A stretch of 64,000 nucleotides of DNA from NCBI RefSeq assembly GCF_016433145.1, contig NC_058131.1, positions 551,535,117 through 551,599,116 on the forward strand, written 5' to 3'. Shown here in pieces: positions 23,701 to 37,200 of this stretch. The stretch is from Gracilinanus agilis (taxonomy: Eukaryota). How positions within the stretch are numbered: the first letter of the stretch is position 1; each line of letters starts with the position of its first letter. The notes below the pieces were generated by a model. The model saw only the letters and a program-made list of their open reading frames with translations, was not told the DNA's origin and searched no databases. The position numbers were made by a program, and so were the translations under genes.

Positions 23701-26700
23701 ACAGCATTTCAAGCAAATTTTGGATATTAAATGCACAAATTGTGTCTATTTTCCATTTTTCTAAATAACATGGTATTATGGATTGCAGGACTTAGAGTCA
23801 GGAAGACCTGAATTTAGGTCACAACTGTAATTCTTACTACCTTTGTGACCATGGACAGAAAATTTACCTTTCTGAGACTTAATTACTTTTTTATGTAAAA
23901 ATGGGGATAATAATGCCTAAAGCACTTACTCTGTTGGATTATTGTAAGGTTTAAATGAGATAATATATGTTTAAAGTACTTTAAAAACCCTAAGGTATTA
24001 TGCAAATGTTAACTATGAATTTTTACTATACTTGAGAGTTCTATTGTTTCCCATGTCTAATTAGGATAAGGAAATGTATTGCAAGTGGAACAGAAGGGAT
24101 TTAGGTTCAATATAAGCAAGAACATCCTAAAAGTAAGAAATGAGATCTTTTAGGATAGGAGACCAAGGGAAGTAATTGGGCTTTCTTTTCTGGAGGTCTT
24201 TGAGGACAGAAATCTTAAGTTGTCTAGGCAAGCTTTTCTGAAGATGAGATCAATAAAGTGTCCTCTGGAGGGGCCCCCCCTCCTCCCTCAGCAACCACAA
24301 AGAGAAGAGATAATAAGAACTTGGTTCTCCAGAGGTGAAGCACATGGCTGAGTGCTCTGTGTGGTGTCCAAAGCATGCAGTTGATGCTGTTACCATCTGT
24401 GCTTCACTTCCTCTACCCTTCAGAGGTCACTATTTGTGTTCGGTGTATGGAGCCCGGTTAATGGTGCCTGCTGGTCGAGGGCTCATCGTGGTCATCTCCT
24501 CAATTGGTGGGCTGCAGTATTTCTTCAATGTACCCTACGGTGTGGGCAAAGCAGCGGTGAGGCCCTGTTGCTGGGATTGGGAGAGGAAAGCTTGACGGAG
24601 TTCAGGGAAAGTGTTTATAGGCCATTGTGATTCATTAGTTTCATATCCCTCCAGACCATATTGAAAAGGAGAGTTCTGACTTTTCATATATAGAATTTCC
24701 CTTTGGGACATTTTCAGGAAAGAAAAACCCATATCCCAGACTCCTTCCTGCAGTTAAGGGGGCACTATGCTCTGGAAAGGGAAATAATTTGGGGGTTTCT
24801 GAGTAGGAGAATTTTTGTTTTTTGATGGAGAAGGCTTTGATATTGGGGGGCAGAGTCACTTTTAGATGAAGCTGGAAAATCAATAGTGGAATAAGATAGA
24901 GGATCATGACTCTCATTTCTATCCTGTTTCTTCCCTAGTGTGATAGGTTGGCTACAGATTGTGCCCATGAACTACGACCCCACGGTATTGCCTATGTGTC
25001 TCTTTGGCCAGGGTTGGTGAAGACAGAGCTATTGACAGAGCATATGAATGAGGGAAATGACGCCTTGGCCCATAAGGTCAGCAAGGAAAGGGGATGGAGG
25101 AGGTCATCTATCCACCTAATTATATAGACATTGAAACCAAAGGGTGTTGCTAGAAAATAATAAATGTAGGAAAAGTTGTGGCAAATCAGGACACTAATGC
25201 ATTGCTGGTGGAGTTGTGAATTAATCCAGCCATTCTGGAAGGCAATTTGGAATTATGTGCAAAGGGCTTTAAAAGAATGTATACCCTTGATCCAGGAATA
25301 CCACAACTGGGTTTGCACCTCAAAGAGATAATAAGGAAAAGTGTTTGTACAAAAATATTCATAGCTGCACTCTTTGTGATGTGGAATTGGAAAATGAGGA
25401 TGACTGAACAAATTATGGTATCTGATGGTGATGGAAAACTATAGTGCTGTAAGGAGTGATGAACTGGAAGATTTCTATATGATCTGGAAAGACCTCCAAG
25501 AACTGATGCAGAATGAAATGAGCAGAACCAAGAGAACATTGTACACAGAAAGTGAAACATTGTGGAACCATCCAATGTAATGGACTTTTACTACTTGTAG
25601 TAATGCAGTAATCCAGGACATTCCTGAGAGAATTATGAGAAAGAATGCTATCCACATTGAGAGAAAAGAACTATAGGCGTAGAAATGCAAAAGAAAAACT
25701 TATGACCTATCACTTAACACTTGTTTATATGGCTATATCATTTGAGGTTTCAGTTCTGTGGTAAAAATGAATACTATGGAAGTGATAACATTCGTACAAC
25801 CCTGTGGAATTGCTTATCAGCTCTGGGAAAGAGGGTAGAGAAGAGGGGAGGGAAAGAAAATAAGTCATGTAAACATGGAAAAATATTTAAAAAAATAAAA
25901 AGCAAAATTAAATTTAAATTAAAAATAAATAAATAGGGATTTGGAGTCAGAAAGCATGGGTTGAAATTCCAGTTCTGCCACCTACTACTATTTCTACAAC
26001 CTTGGTCTCTAGGTTCTCGGTTTATTCTTATGCAAAATAAGGGTATAAAACTATTAAAAGTCCTTTTCAGCTCTAAATCCATGATCTAGAAGAAAGGCAG
26101 TAGTAGCTCCTGGAACCAACAAAATGGAGTTCTATTTCCCTGTCTAAGAAAGGGACAAGAAAGAGTCCCCTTTTCAGACACAAACTTTTCTGAGGGAAAA
26201 ATACATTCTTCCCCACCTAGCCTGGCCTCAATTTGGTCACTTGAGATGGAGCTAAAAAGAATAACAGTAACAGGTGGACTTGAGATGATGCTGTTAGATT
26301 AATAGCTCATATCTTTTTATCCTGCACTATAGCTGAAAGAACGCTTTCCAGAAGGGGAGACCCCAGAATTGAGTGGCAAATGTGTGGTAGCCCTGGCAAC
26401 AGGTAACTGATGGTGGAGTGGGGGGAGGGTCAAGAAGTGCTCCTAGGAACCACTTGAGAATCTATAGATCTCATAAGCCAGAGCTGGGTTCTACAATGGG
26501 AGTGAGGCACAAGATCTTCATTTCTTCTTCCTTTGGAATCAAGGCAGAGCACAGTAATTTTGTTAGGGACCTTGGGAACTGTGTTGGGTAGATAAATGTA
26601 ATTTGGTTTACAATATTCTCAGCATTACCAGACCCCAAGATATTATACAAGAGGGTATTCTCTCCTCCAAAAGGAAGAGGCAGAAAGACATTGATAGCCA

Positions 26701-27226
26701 TGGAACTAGAAACTCACCCTTATGAAATTTCTCATTAAATTGCCACCCTCACTCTATACATTGATGCTTTCTTTCCTCAGATCCCAAAATCCTAAACCTT
26801 AGTGGTCGGGTTCTGCCATCCTGTGATCTGGCTCGAAGATATGGCTTTAAGGATGTGGATGGTGAATTGAGGGACAGGGAGTGAAGGAGGGGGTGGTCAT
26901 TATGTTGTTAAACTTTCCTTCTTCCCCTATCCATTTCCTACCCTTTCTTTTCCTCCTTCCCTTCCCCAACATTTCTTTAGATTTTCCCTCTTTTATCTTT
27001 CCCTGCTCCCACTTCCAGAGTTTGGAGTAACTTAAGGGTAAGAAGTAAATGTCTAATCCTCCTAACCCCAGTTTTCCTGTTGCATTCAGGCCGTCCTGTC
27101 TCTGACTATCTGTCCCTGAGATCAGCATTTTCTGAGGTTCCCAGACTGGCCTGGTTGGCCTCCTACATGCCCAGCTTCCTCCGTGTGCCCAAGTGGATTA
27201 TGACACTCTATTCCAGTAAATTCTGA
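20729..27226 (+). CDS. DHRS1: Dehydrogenase/reductase SDR family member 1, 310 aa; exons 20729-20878, 22887-23030, 23248-23327, 24424-24556, 24939-25076, 26333-26402, 26781-26861, 27090-27226
   Basis: Cofactor motif VTGASRGIG, LVNNAY, catalytic YGVGK, SLWPG, C-terminus VPKWIMTLYSSKF*. GT-AG exons total 933 nt. AATAAA at 27618-27623. Confidence 0.96.
21328..22410 (+). mobile_element. L1 5'UTR plus ORF1 relic in a DHRS1 intron
   Basis: Starts with CAAGATGGC. ORF1-like start GGAAGATGAGTAAATCAAAG (~21918), then A-rich coiled-coil-like decayed coding sequence. Confidence 0.6.
25140..25935 (+). mobile_element. 5'-truncated L1 (ORF2 C-terminus, 3'UTR, A-tail) in a DHRS1 intron
   Basis: CTKIFIAALFV motif; same family as the 50.2k and 52.9k copies. 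Confidence 0.9.
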
Positions 27227-28580
27227 TCTTATCAGCCAGCCATGACAAAGGAGCAGAAGCACAGCTGCTTTCTACTTCTCTGTTCCAATCATCAGCCATG
27301 GATCAAGGAGTGATTTGACATGTTTGGATAAGGAAAGTGAATATTTCTCATATACCTAGACTCTTGAACAACCCCTGCCTTTAGGGGAATACTTCAGCTG
27401 AGCCCTTCACTTTATCACTTATTCCTCCCACACTCAGCCAGAGGGATTCCTGGTGAGAAGAGCACTGGGATATAACACAAATTCTGGCCTTATCCAAATC
27501 ACTGACTAGCTTTGTGATTCTTGGGAGCTCTAATAATACTACTTGTGCTTTTGCCTTGGTTTCTTTTTCTAGTTCCTATACCTTGTATTTACTTTTAATG
27601 GAAAAGACCCCTAGAGTAATAAAGTACTCATTCAGTTACTAATATAGCAGATATTTATTGAACCTAAAGGGCTGTGCTTTCAAAAGCTTATAATGTAATT
27701 TAAGAGAAATGATAGACATAGAGAGAGTATGGTATAGTGAGAAAAAGGCTAGTCTTGGAGTTGGACATGGGTCTAAGTCCTATCTATAGCACATGCTCTG
27801 GGGCTCACTCACTCTCCTAATTTCCAATGCACTGGCAAGATGAGTACCCAGAGGATCTTTAGTGCTTTTCCCCCTCAGGATTCTAGGGGAGGTGGGATAT
27901 AACTTCTCTAGCTGTAGCTTGTAAGCTGACTCTGGTGTGCCACACTGCTGGAAGCCAGCCAGCAGCTCCAGGGGGTCTGGGAAGGTATATGTTTTAGGTG
28001 AGAAAGAGTCAGAGATACAGTGGATTTCCAGAAGCTGTTCTGAGCACTTCCTGTGAAATTTTATTTTTTGTATTCTTTTCTTACAGTCACACAAACACTG
28101 GGAAAATTTACATTTCAGAATCAAAACATAGAAGAACTCAAGGTTATACCTAGTTGCATAAAATTTGGCACTCAAAACGTATTTCTATATATACCTAGCC
28201 TAACAGTCTTCAAGGCTACAAGACTTTATGTTATCTAAGTTTTACTTTAATAAAAGAACCTTCAACATATTTCAAAAGTGGATTAAAGTGTGAGAATGTT
28301 TAAGTTTCTGGGGTTGAGTTTAGCGTGGGAATCAAAAAATGAGAGCATATTGTTTTGATTTATCATGTAGTGTCCCTCAAATTTCTGAGACAGAGAAAAA
28401 AGCTTCTCCTGTCTTGTTTTTTACTAAGGGTAGGAGCTATTAACTTGTTAAATGCTGGTTTATTATAGAGTAATTAGAAGATTTCTTCAAAGGGATTTAT
28501 TTCTATTAGACTTGGGGCTATCCTAAAAATATAGATTACAATTTCAATAATAAAAAGTGTTGGTCAAAAGAGAGTCACAC

Positions 28581-28760
28581 GGGGCAGCTGGGTAGCTCAG
28601 TGGAGTGAGAGGCCTAGAGACAGGAGGTCCTAGGTTCAAACCTGGCCTCAGACACTTCCCAGCTGTGTGACCCTGGGCAAGTCACTTGACCCCCATTGCC
28701 CACCCTTACCAATCTTCCACCTATGAGACAATACACCAAAGTACAAGGGTTTAAAAAAAG
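28581..28760 (+). mobile_element. Young SINE1_Mdo-type SINE with TSD
   Basis: Same structure as the 14468 copy; TSD AGAGAGTCACAC. Confidence 0.92.
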
Positions 28761-30179
28761 AGAGAGAGTCACACAGAGGGTTCTGATTGGGTTTTCCATT
28801 CATCCTGTGGCTCAATTTTTAGGCCACAGGGATCAAAACGCAGGGCCCTGCCTTCTGCATTGACTTAATGGACCCTGATGGAGACCCTTATTTCTCTGGG
28901 GGGCCCTCAGCACTTCCCCAATGATTATTAATTGCCATCAGCCAGCTGAACATAATTAGCATTTAGGGAAAGGGTATTGACTGAGGTGGTACGGTAATAC
29001 CAGTAGATATAAAACATCCCTCCAAATTATGGGTACAGTCCCCCACAGGTACATATAGAATCCAGGAAATAAGGCCCAAGCTTAGGGCATCTGTGGTCAG
29101 AAGGGTAATTTGCAGCTTTTAGAAATCTTTTTCTCTCCTTTCTGATGCCCTTATAAAGGTATGGCATGATAGCACTTTCTACTAAACAGTTTGTAGAGTC
29201 TTCAAACTGCCTGTACTCAGGCTGTCTCATTTGTCCTCAATTCCCTATGAAGACACTGCTGTCATTTGGTTCAAGGACACTGCATGGAATGTACAAAAAC
29301 TTCTCATCTTTCAAAGTTCACAGGGTCTTTTTGTTAAGAGGGATAACAGAGAAGAGACAGGTCTTTCTCACCAACCAGTTCCCTTTCAGAAACTAGGCTT
29401 GTCTATAGAATTGCACATTCAGCCATAGTAGAAACAGAAGGAAGTTGGGACCAGTAGACCACAGGTGAAAGACATGGTTTCTCACTCAGGAGAATGAGTT
29501 GAATTCTGTTAAAATTAGAAGTTATAAAAGAAGAGAAGAAGAATTGAAGTGAGGATGAGAACTGGGAACAAGACTGGTGTTAAGAAAACCTTGTTGGGGA
29601 CAGCTGGGTAGCTCAGTGGATTGAGAGCCAGGCCTAGAGATGGAAGGTTCTCAGTTCAAATCTGACCTCAGACACTTCCCAGCTGTGTGACCCTGGGCAA
29701 GTCACTTGACCCCCATTGCCTACCACTCTTCTGCCTTGGAACCAACACACAGTATTGACTCCGAGACAGAAAGTAAGGGTTTTAAGAAAAAAGGAAGGAA
29801 GCAAGGAAACAAGGAAACAAACAAACCTTGTTTACTCTATTATTACACCCCAGAGGTTACATCCTCCTGAGTAAGAATGGACAGGCTCTTACCACCAAGG
29901 AACTTCAGAGGCTGCAAGAGAAGTTTATAGCATTCTAATGAGTCATTAGAACAGTGGTTAGTGAGAGTATGGACTAATGAGGCCAATTCAGAACATCTCC
30001 CAGGTCTGTTGGTGTGAGCATGTGAGCAGCCTCACAGAAGACTTACTTTTGCAAAGCCAGTTAAATCAGTTAAGAGTCCCTTGTTAGAGTCTGTTTTTTG
30101 TTCCTTTTTAGGTGACCAAGATGGGGAGTTCCGTATATCCAGGCCCATAATAATGAATTCCCTCAAACAAAGTTACATG

Positions 30180-30985
30180 TAGTCATACAAAAAAAAAGGC
30201 TCTAAATCACTATATTGATTAGAGAAATGCAAATTAAAACAATGCTGAGTTACCACCTCACACCTATCAAATTGGCTGTGACAGAAAAGGAAAATGACAG
30301 ATGTTGACAGGGATGAGAACAAACTGGGATACTAATACACTGTTGATGGAATTGTGAACTGATCCAACCATTCTGGAGAGTAATTTGGAATTATGCCCAA
30401 AGGCCCATAAAACTGTGCCTACCCTTTAACCCAGCATTGCCACTACTAGGTCTGTATCCTAAAGAGATAAAAGGAAAAGAGCCTATATAAAATACAAAAA
30501 TATTTATAGCAGCTCTTTTTGTGGTGTCAAAGAATTGGAAACTGAGGGGATGCCCATCAATTGGGAAATGGCTGAACAATGTGGTATGTGATTATGATGG
30601 AATACTATTTTGCTATAAGAAATGAAGAGAAAGATGATTTTAAAAAAACTGGGACTTATATAAACTAAAGTAAGGAGAACCAGGAGAACATTGTACATAG
30701 TTAACAGCAATATTACATCATGATCAACTGTGAATGACTTAGCTATTCTAATCACTATAATAATCCAAGATAATTCTAAGGAACGGTATCTACCTCCATA
30801 GAAAAATCTAATAGTATCTGGATGCAGATTAAAGCATGATTTTTTTACTTTTTTGGCAGCATGATTAATATAGAAATGTTTTGCATGATTTCACATATAT
30901 AATTGATATTGCATTTCTTGCCTTTAGGGGAAGGGAGAGAATTCAGAACTCAATTTTTAAAAATAATAATAACATTTTAAAGTTT
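30180..30985 (+). mobile_element. L1 3' fragment
   Basis: REMQIK, KIFIAALFVVSKNWK and typical marsupial L1 3'UTR. Confidence 0.85.
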
Positions 30986-30999
30986 TAAAAATGAATTTT

Positions 31000-32001
31000 C
31001 TCTATGGCCAGTTCCACAGGTCAGGGTCAACAAGGAATATGGTGTAATTCAGAGAAGAAAAGGATTTGGTCGATTGGATCTGTCATCCCACTACCTCTAT
31101 GACCAATCTATGTCAGGACCAATTAGATATTGCCTTTTGGACTGAGCCCCAACTGGGTGGCAGTAGCTTTTAACTGGGCCTCCACTACCACACCACCATA
31201 CAAGCCTGGGCAGAAACTCATGAAATTTAAATTGGGACAGCCTTAATGACTGTCTAGGTAAACACGACTGCCCACACAAACAAGCATACTAGAAATGATA
31301 GGAAGAGGCACTGTTCCTGTTCCCAGGTTAAGTGATTGGAGGGTGCTCTTTCCCATAAGCAGCTTTTGAAATACGGGGTTGAAGAAGATTACCATTCTAT
31401 GAGAGTGTTCATAAAACTGGGCAGCAAGGGTCCTTATGCTTTACCCAGATTTAAGACATCCCTGAAAGCCTCTAACTTCATTTGGTTGTTCTGAACCACC
31501 TAAATCTGTGTGCATAGACTTGGACTTTAAAGACGTCTCCCTAGGGCAGGGACTAGGGTTCCCCCAAGGCTCACATTGTCCTAGTTATGGGACCAAGAGG
31601 GGACCAAAGTCCATATACCCAAGTCATGGTAACTTAGAAGGGGCAGAGTCACCAAATTTGTAAGAGGTTGCTAGATACTGGAGCTACTGTTATACAAGGA
31701 GGTCATAGGAACACTCTACTTTCCATTTGGAGTTTTAGAGGGAAGAACACTACCAACAGAAAGGAGGAAGGGGTCCTTGCTCAGGGTAGGGTGGTTGGAA
31801 GGTTCCCCATTTAGGCCTTAGTTGTGATGGCTAATCAGTGTGATTACACCATGGGAATAGATATTATGAGTTCTTGGGAGTCAGTACCTGAATAGGGATT
31901 TATGACAACTTTCATGCTAATTATGCTGGACAGGGACAAATGGAAACCCTGGAAATTGCACCATTCTCTAGAGATCATATGAAACAATATCAGGTATTGA
32001 A

Positions 32002-32053
<52 letters not shown>

Positions 32054-33990
32054 CTGAGCCTGGCTGAAATATTTTACTATTCAAACTCTATAATAACTTC
32101 TGTGTGACCATGGAAGAAGGTGGATTGAAGTTTAGTACCTTATAGTGGATTATAGAGAGCCAAATAAAGTCATTATGCCAATTACTATAGTGATTCCTGG
32201 CCTTGTCAGTGTGTTAAAGCAAGCAGCCCATGACTTGGAGACTAATAACAGAGTTACCAATGTTGCCAACACTTTTCTTATTCTCATGTCTGAAACTAGT
32301 CAGGAACAGGTTTGCTTTCACCTTAGGAGTAGAATATACCTTCACAGTCTTTCCTCAACATTACTGGAATTCTTTATATTACTACAGTTTGGTGAGTAGA
32401 GACCTGAAAGAAGCCCCACTCCTGGAGTCAATTGATGGCCACTCTTATATTGATGATGTCATGTTGACTGGGCTGGAGAAAGCCATGGTGGTTGATAGGA
32501 TGGAGTCTGAGAGAAAAAGAGCGGAAGATAAGCCCTAAGAAAATTCAGTGTTGATCCTACTCAATTGATTTGTGGAGAGTTGGATGAGAAGAACCTAAAT
32601 GATTCTAAATGTAGTCCAGAATAAACTACTAATGTACTCTCTCACAATCTAAAAAGGAAGCTCGGAGTCTTTATTAGATTGTTCCTTCAGGTCCCAAAGA
32701 ATCCATATTCCCTAGCCAAGCATTTTGATGATTCCCTTTTACTGAGTCACCTGTAAGTTCATCTCTTTCAGAAGAGTCCCAGAACAGACTCTAGCCCAGA
32801 AAGGCCTAAAGAGACAACCCAGCAGGTCTTCTCCCTGGGCTTAATAATTCTCTAGGACCTCTATTTTTAGAAGGCTCTACCATAAGGATCAGACTGAAGG
32901 GAATCTTTGACAGACCCAAAGAGGGGGCTAAACTAAACAACTGTTAAGCTTCTAGAACCAGAACCAGAGTCTTCCTGAAAAGGCTCCTCATTGCTACTTT
33001 TTTAAAAGTACACACTCACTTATTGTGAATAATAATAGCTACTGAATGGATGATGCAGAGGCATATCATCACCCTTCATTCAGAATTTCCCATTATGAAT
33101 TGGGTGTTGCAAGATGGTGCCTCTAACAAGATGAGTTAGGCCCAGGAGGCTTTGATTGTTAAATGAAAATGGAATATTCATGATCAGCCTCCAGGACCAA
33201 CCCCGACTCTGCTAGCCCCTAAGGACCCTGCTTATGAGCACTTGGCTCTTACAGAATGCTATTGGCAGGTTTGCCAATGGCTGCCTGCTATGAGACAGTC
33301 ATGTATAATTGGGCTTCTGTGGTCATTAATCTTCTCTCACAGGATACCCTGAGGGATGAGGTTCCTGGCAAGTTCTCCCACTGGACCAAGCTATGGGCTT
33401 TATGGCTGGAATGGGAAAGAGACACTTATTCAGGATTATGGTATTGCAGTGCCAATTAAGCCTTCTACCACAGCAACCAACATCCAAGCTGTTGGAGGAT
33501 ATATTTTTCATTTTGGGCCCCAGACACCATTGCCTCTGCTCAGAGGGACCCATTTTCACTGCTGGCTTTTCTGGAGGTCCAACATTTGGTCCTTCATTAT
33601 CACATTTGCTAAGTTTTCCAGCTCCTGCGTCACAAAGCAACTGATCTTGTTGAATGCTAGAAAGGACTCTTAGAAAATGATCTTTGTACATATTCCTGGT
33701 TATTTGGATTTATTATGGGTGTATGGTGATTCTGGATTGGACTTGATAGAGAGATGGCCCAGGGTCCTCAGATGGTATAAGGACCTAAGCTGAGTAAGGA
33801 TGGGAAGCCTAAGTGAACCCCAAGGTGTGGTAGTGAACACCAGGTCCCACAAATATTTGCAGCTCAGCTGAGCACCAGTCCCAACTACAGTGCCCAGGAC
33901 TAAGTGACTAAGTGAGAAGCTGTGAACTAAATCACACAGCTTCTCTGGTTACCTGTCTTGGGGTTGAGTTAATGGATAGATGTTAATGAT
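31000..33990 (+). mobile_element. Degenerate ERV-L-like (class III) endogenous retrovirus internal region (gag-pro-pol)
   Basis: Protease LDTGATVI (31671-31694). RT VDYREPNKVIMPI (~32145) and HSYIDDVMLTG (YIDD at 32446-32457). Integrase-like WQV.., DTYSG and RGTHF (33270-33560). Many stops and frameshifts; no clear LTR pair. Confidence 0.75.
32002..32054 (+). repeat. (TG)n microsatellite inside the ERV-L-like pol
   Basis: Near-perfect TG repeat. Confidence 0.97.
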
Positions 33991-34299
33991 AAGGATAAAT
34001 GTTGATAATAATTGGATAATGTGGTCGACTGTGACTTAGCTGAAGTATTCCTTTTCCCCTTAGATACAAGAATATTAAATTGATCTTTAGGATATAACCA
34101 GCCTTCACCAAAATGAGCTTTAAGAATTTAATTATAATAAACTCAGGGGAAGGATCAAGGTTGAGGAAGAAGGTGTTGGGAATCTATGCTAGACTATATA
34201 TGATAAAGTTGAGTGGTCAATTGATAATCAAGTTGTGTCTATTGGCTGGAGAGGTTCCTCTCCCTCTCTGGCCCTGGTCAGGCCAGGCACCTGGGCCCT

Positions 34300-37200
34300 G
34301 GCAGGGTGGAGCGGGTTCTTCTTGATAATTGGGTAGTTGGTATATATCGCACAGCTCTATTCAGTAGTTGATGAAGTGGAAATCAATGAAACAGGATTCA
34401 GGTAACTTGAGCAGGTTGATTGGCCGCCACCCAGGGTCCCTTTCTCAAATCTGAGAGAGATTGGATCAGCTCCTGCCTTTTTATAGTGCTGGCAGCAACT
34501 GCTTTTTGCCCCTTGGCTCATGGCATCTGGGTAAGGTCTAAATTCCAAACTGTGGGTTGTCACTCATCTTGCTTTCCATTTTGTTATCAGAAATTGCTAT
34601 TGCAGGTTGGATGTTTCCCTTTCCAGCATCTGTGTCAATGATGAATTGGCATTATCCTAGGAAGGGGGTAGACTCTCCAGTCCAGCAGTTTTTTTTGGAT
34701 CCAGCCTTCAAGAAGGCTCACCTGATGTAATAGGGCCAGGTCACTCTCTCCAGCCTCTCTTTATTTGGCCCCCTATTATAAGGAGTCATCCAAGTTTTTG
34801 CCCCCTTGGAGTGCTCTCTCTCCCCAGGAGAAGCAGTGGTGGTCATCCTTAATGGGCAGCTCCCCTTTCCCTTGGGATGATCACTGGACAGTTCCTTTCT
34901 AGAAAGGGCTTGGGGCACTAAGGAGAAGAATTGTTGGGAAGTGCTTTGCTTTCCAATGACATGAGGAAAGAAAGAGGATCCTTTAGTTGTCTTGGCTTTG
35001 CCCAGTGCTTGATCCTCAAGGTGAAGAGAAGCAAGCTAGTGGCAGTAATACCACCTAGTGGTTACGCTTATATTGCTGAGAAAGGTATGCCCAAATCTGC
35101 ACTGCTCCAGCTTGCATCACGCAGGGACGTGTCGCTTCATGCAATGACATGAATGCATCATGAAAAGATGTAGACACTCGGAACCAAGCGCTGCTGTCCC
35201 ATGCCCTGCTACAGCGGTCTCCATCAGGCAACGCCATGCCTGTGAAATGCAGGCATACCTAGGACACAAAATTATAGCCAATGTCAGACAACGGTGAGCC
35301 TCACCATGCAATGCCACGACACACTGTACAATGACATGCCTGTATCACACGACAGCAGTGCGACACGACATAGCAATGGCACAACGTGACAGGTGGTGTT
35401 GCACAGTGACATGCATGTGTCATGCAAAACACACAAACGACATGCCAGTGCTGTGTGGTGCCACTGGCGTGCTAGTGTCTTGTGGCAAAATGCCATATCA
35501 CATAAAGGCACACCTTGCCCTGTGACATGATATAACATGTAATGACATGTCAGTATCATACAACACCACAGCTACATCTCACAATTACAATACACCTCTG
35601 TCATGCAAAGTCACCAGACATGCCTGTGACACATCATGGTACCCAGTGTCATGCAATGCCATACAATCATCAGGTGGCAATAAATGGCACAACATATGGC
35701 CATATAACATCATACAAAAGACATGCTGAGGTCGTATAGCATGACTTGTACAAGGATATACCACACAATGACATGACTAACATACAATATACATGTATCA
35801 CACGTGACTATATCATCTCACATGATGCACCTATATCATAAGACATGTATACAACACACAACCCCCAATGTTGCATAGTAACAACAATGTTACACAAGTA
35901 CACACCTCAATCACACAAGTGACATGCAATTTCAGGTCTTCACTGTGTAATAACATGTCTACATCATGCAATGACGTGTATGCCACATACAATAATATCA
36001 CAATGTTGCATAATAACACAGCCGTGTCACAATTACACACCTCCATCACACAACAGTGCACTGTGCAATGACACATCATGCAGCAACACACATGACAACC
36101 AATACCTCAGTGTCACACCATGAAATGCCTACATCGCACATCAGCACACTGGTGTGTAAATGCCCCCAATCTCATTCCTGGTCCATGCAATGACACACAA
36201 CAACATGTATGTCACATTGCATCCTGCAATGTGAAACTTAATAGTGTCGTGCAATGCCATGTAACAACCTGTAGCATGCAATTACACACTAGTGTCATGC
36301 AATGACATGCCATGTCACACAATGCCTTACATATATCTCCTCTGGTCCTCACAACAAGTCCTCATTTTACAGATGAGGAAAATAAAGCCATCTCATTAAT
36401 GTGATTTCCCCGGGATCACACAGCTAGTAAATGGCTCAAGCAAGAATTGAATTCAAGTCTCCCTAATCCCAAGTCCAACATTCCATCCACTCTAGAGAAA
36501 GGAAGAGAATCAGAAACTAACAAAAAAAATTTAAAGAGCAAAAGTATATGTTATCTTTTAAACTTATTTTTCACTTGCAAACTAAATAAAAGTATGACTT
36601 TGGAGGGAAATGGTAGTTAAACCCAAGAGAGCTGATGAGCTTAACAAAAGAATGTCAAGGCAGAAGAGGGGTTAGCAGTGAGCACTGGGGAAGACTCAGA
36701 ATTGGGGAACATGATCTGGATGATGAACCAACAAAGGCATCGGAGAAGAAGCAGTCAGACAGGTAGAATTTGAGCCAGTAGGGGGCACTGTTGATAGGAT
36801 TTATTTCTAATACATTGAATTATTTCTATTTCAGGGTTTTGAATTGAGGCTCAGATCTGTCCCTTGGACCTTTCTACTCATTCCTTTGTTCCTATGAATT
36901 CAAGGAATGCCCACCCTGGAGTATCTTTTACTGCAGGATGATAGAAAAGTGAGATTATGGGTTCTATCTTGCCCACTAAATAAGAAATAGTTTAGGCCAA
37001 GCAAGCAGCAGAACAGAGTCCTTAAATTTTACATTGAACAAAGTCACTCCTAAAAGGACGAAACTTGATTTCTTCTTCTAGACATTGGGTTCATAGGACC
37101 ACCCATGTGATTGTCTGTCACCCATCAAGGAATCAGGGAGGAATTGGGAGAATACTGGACCATCTCCTCATTGACTATTCGCCAATTATAGATGTCATGG

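Noticed and set aside
32230-33673. Domesticated pol gene (NYNRIN-like or RTL-like)
   Set aside because: Reading frames are broken by many stops, frameshifts and a TG microsatellite; consistent with neutral decay.
35055-36305. Many Cys/His/Met/Thr-rich ORFs resembling zinc-finger or keratin-associated proteins
   Set aside because: A by-product of CA/TG repeat composition in several frames on both strands; no regular C2H2 spacing.
35110-36330. CRISPR-like array
   Set aside because: Mammalian DNA; repeats are degenerate and irregular, with no constant repeat-spacer structure or cas genes.
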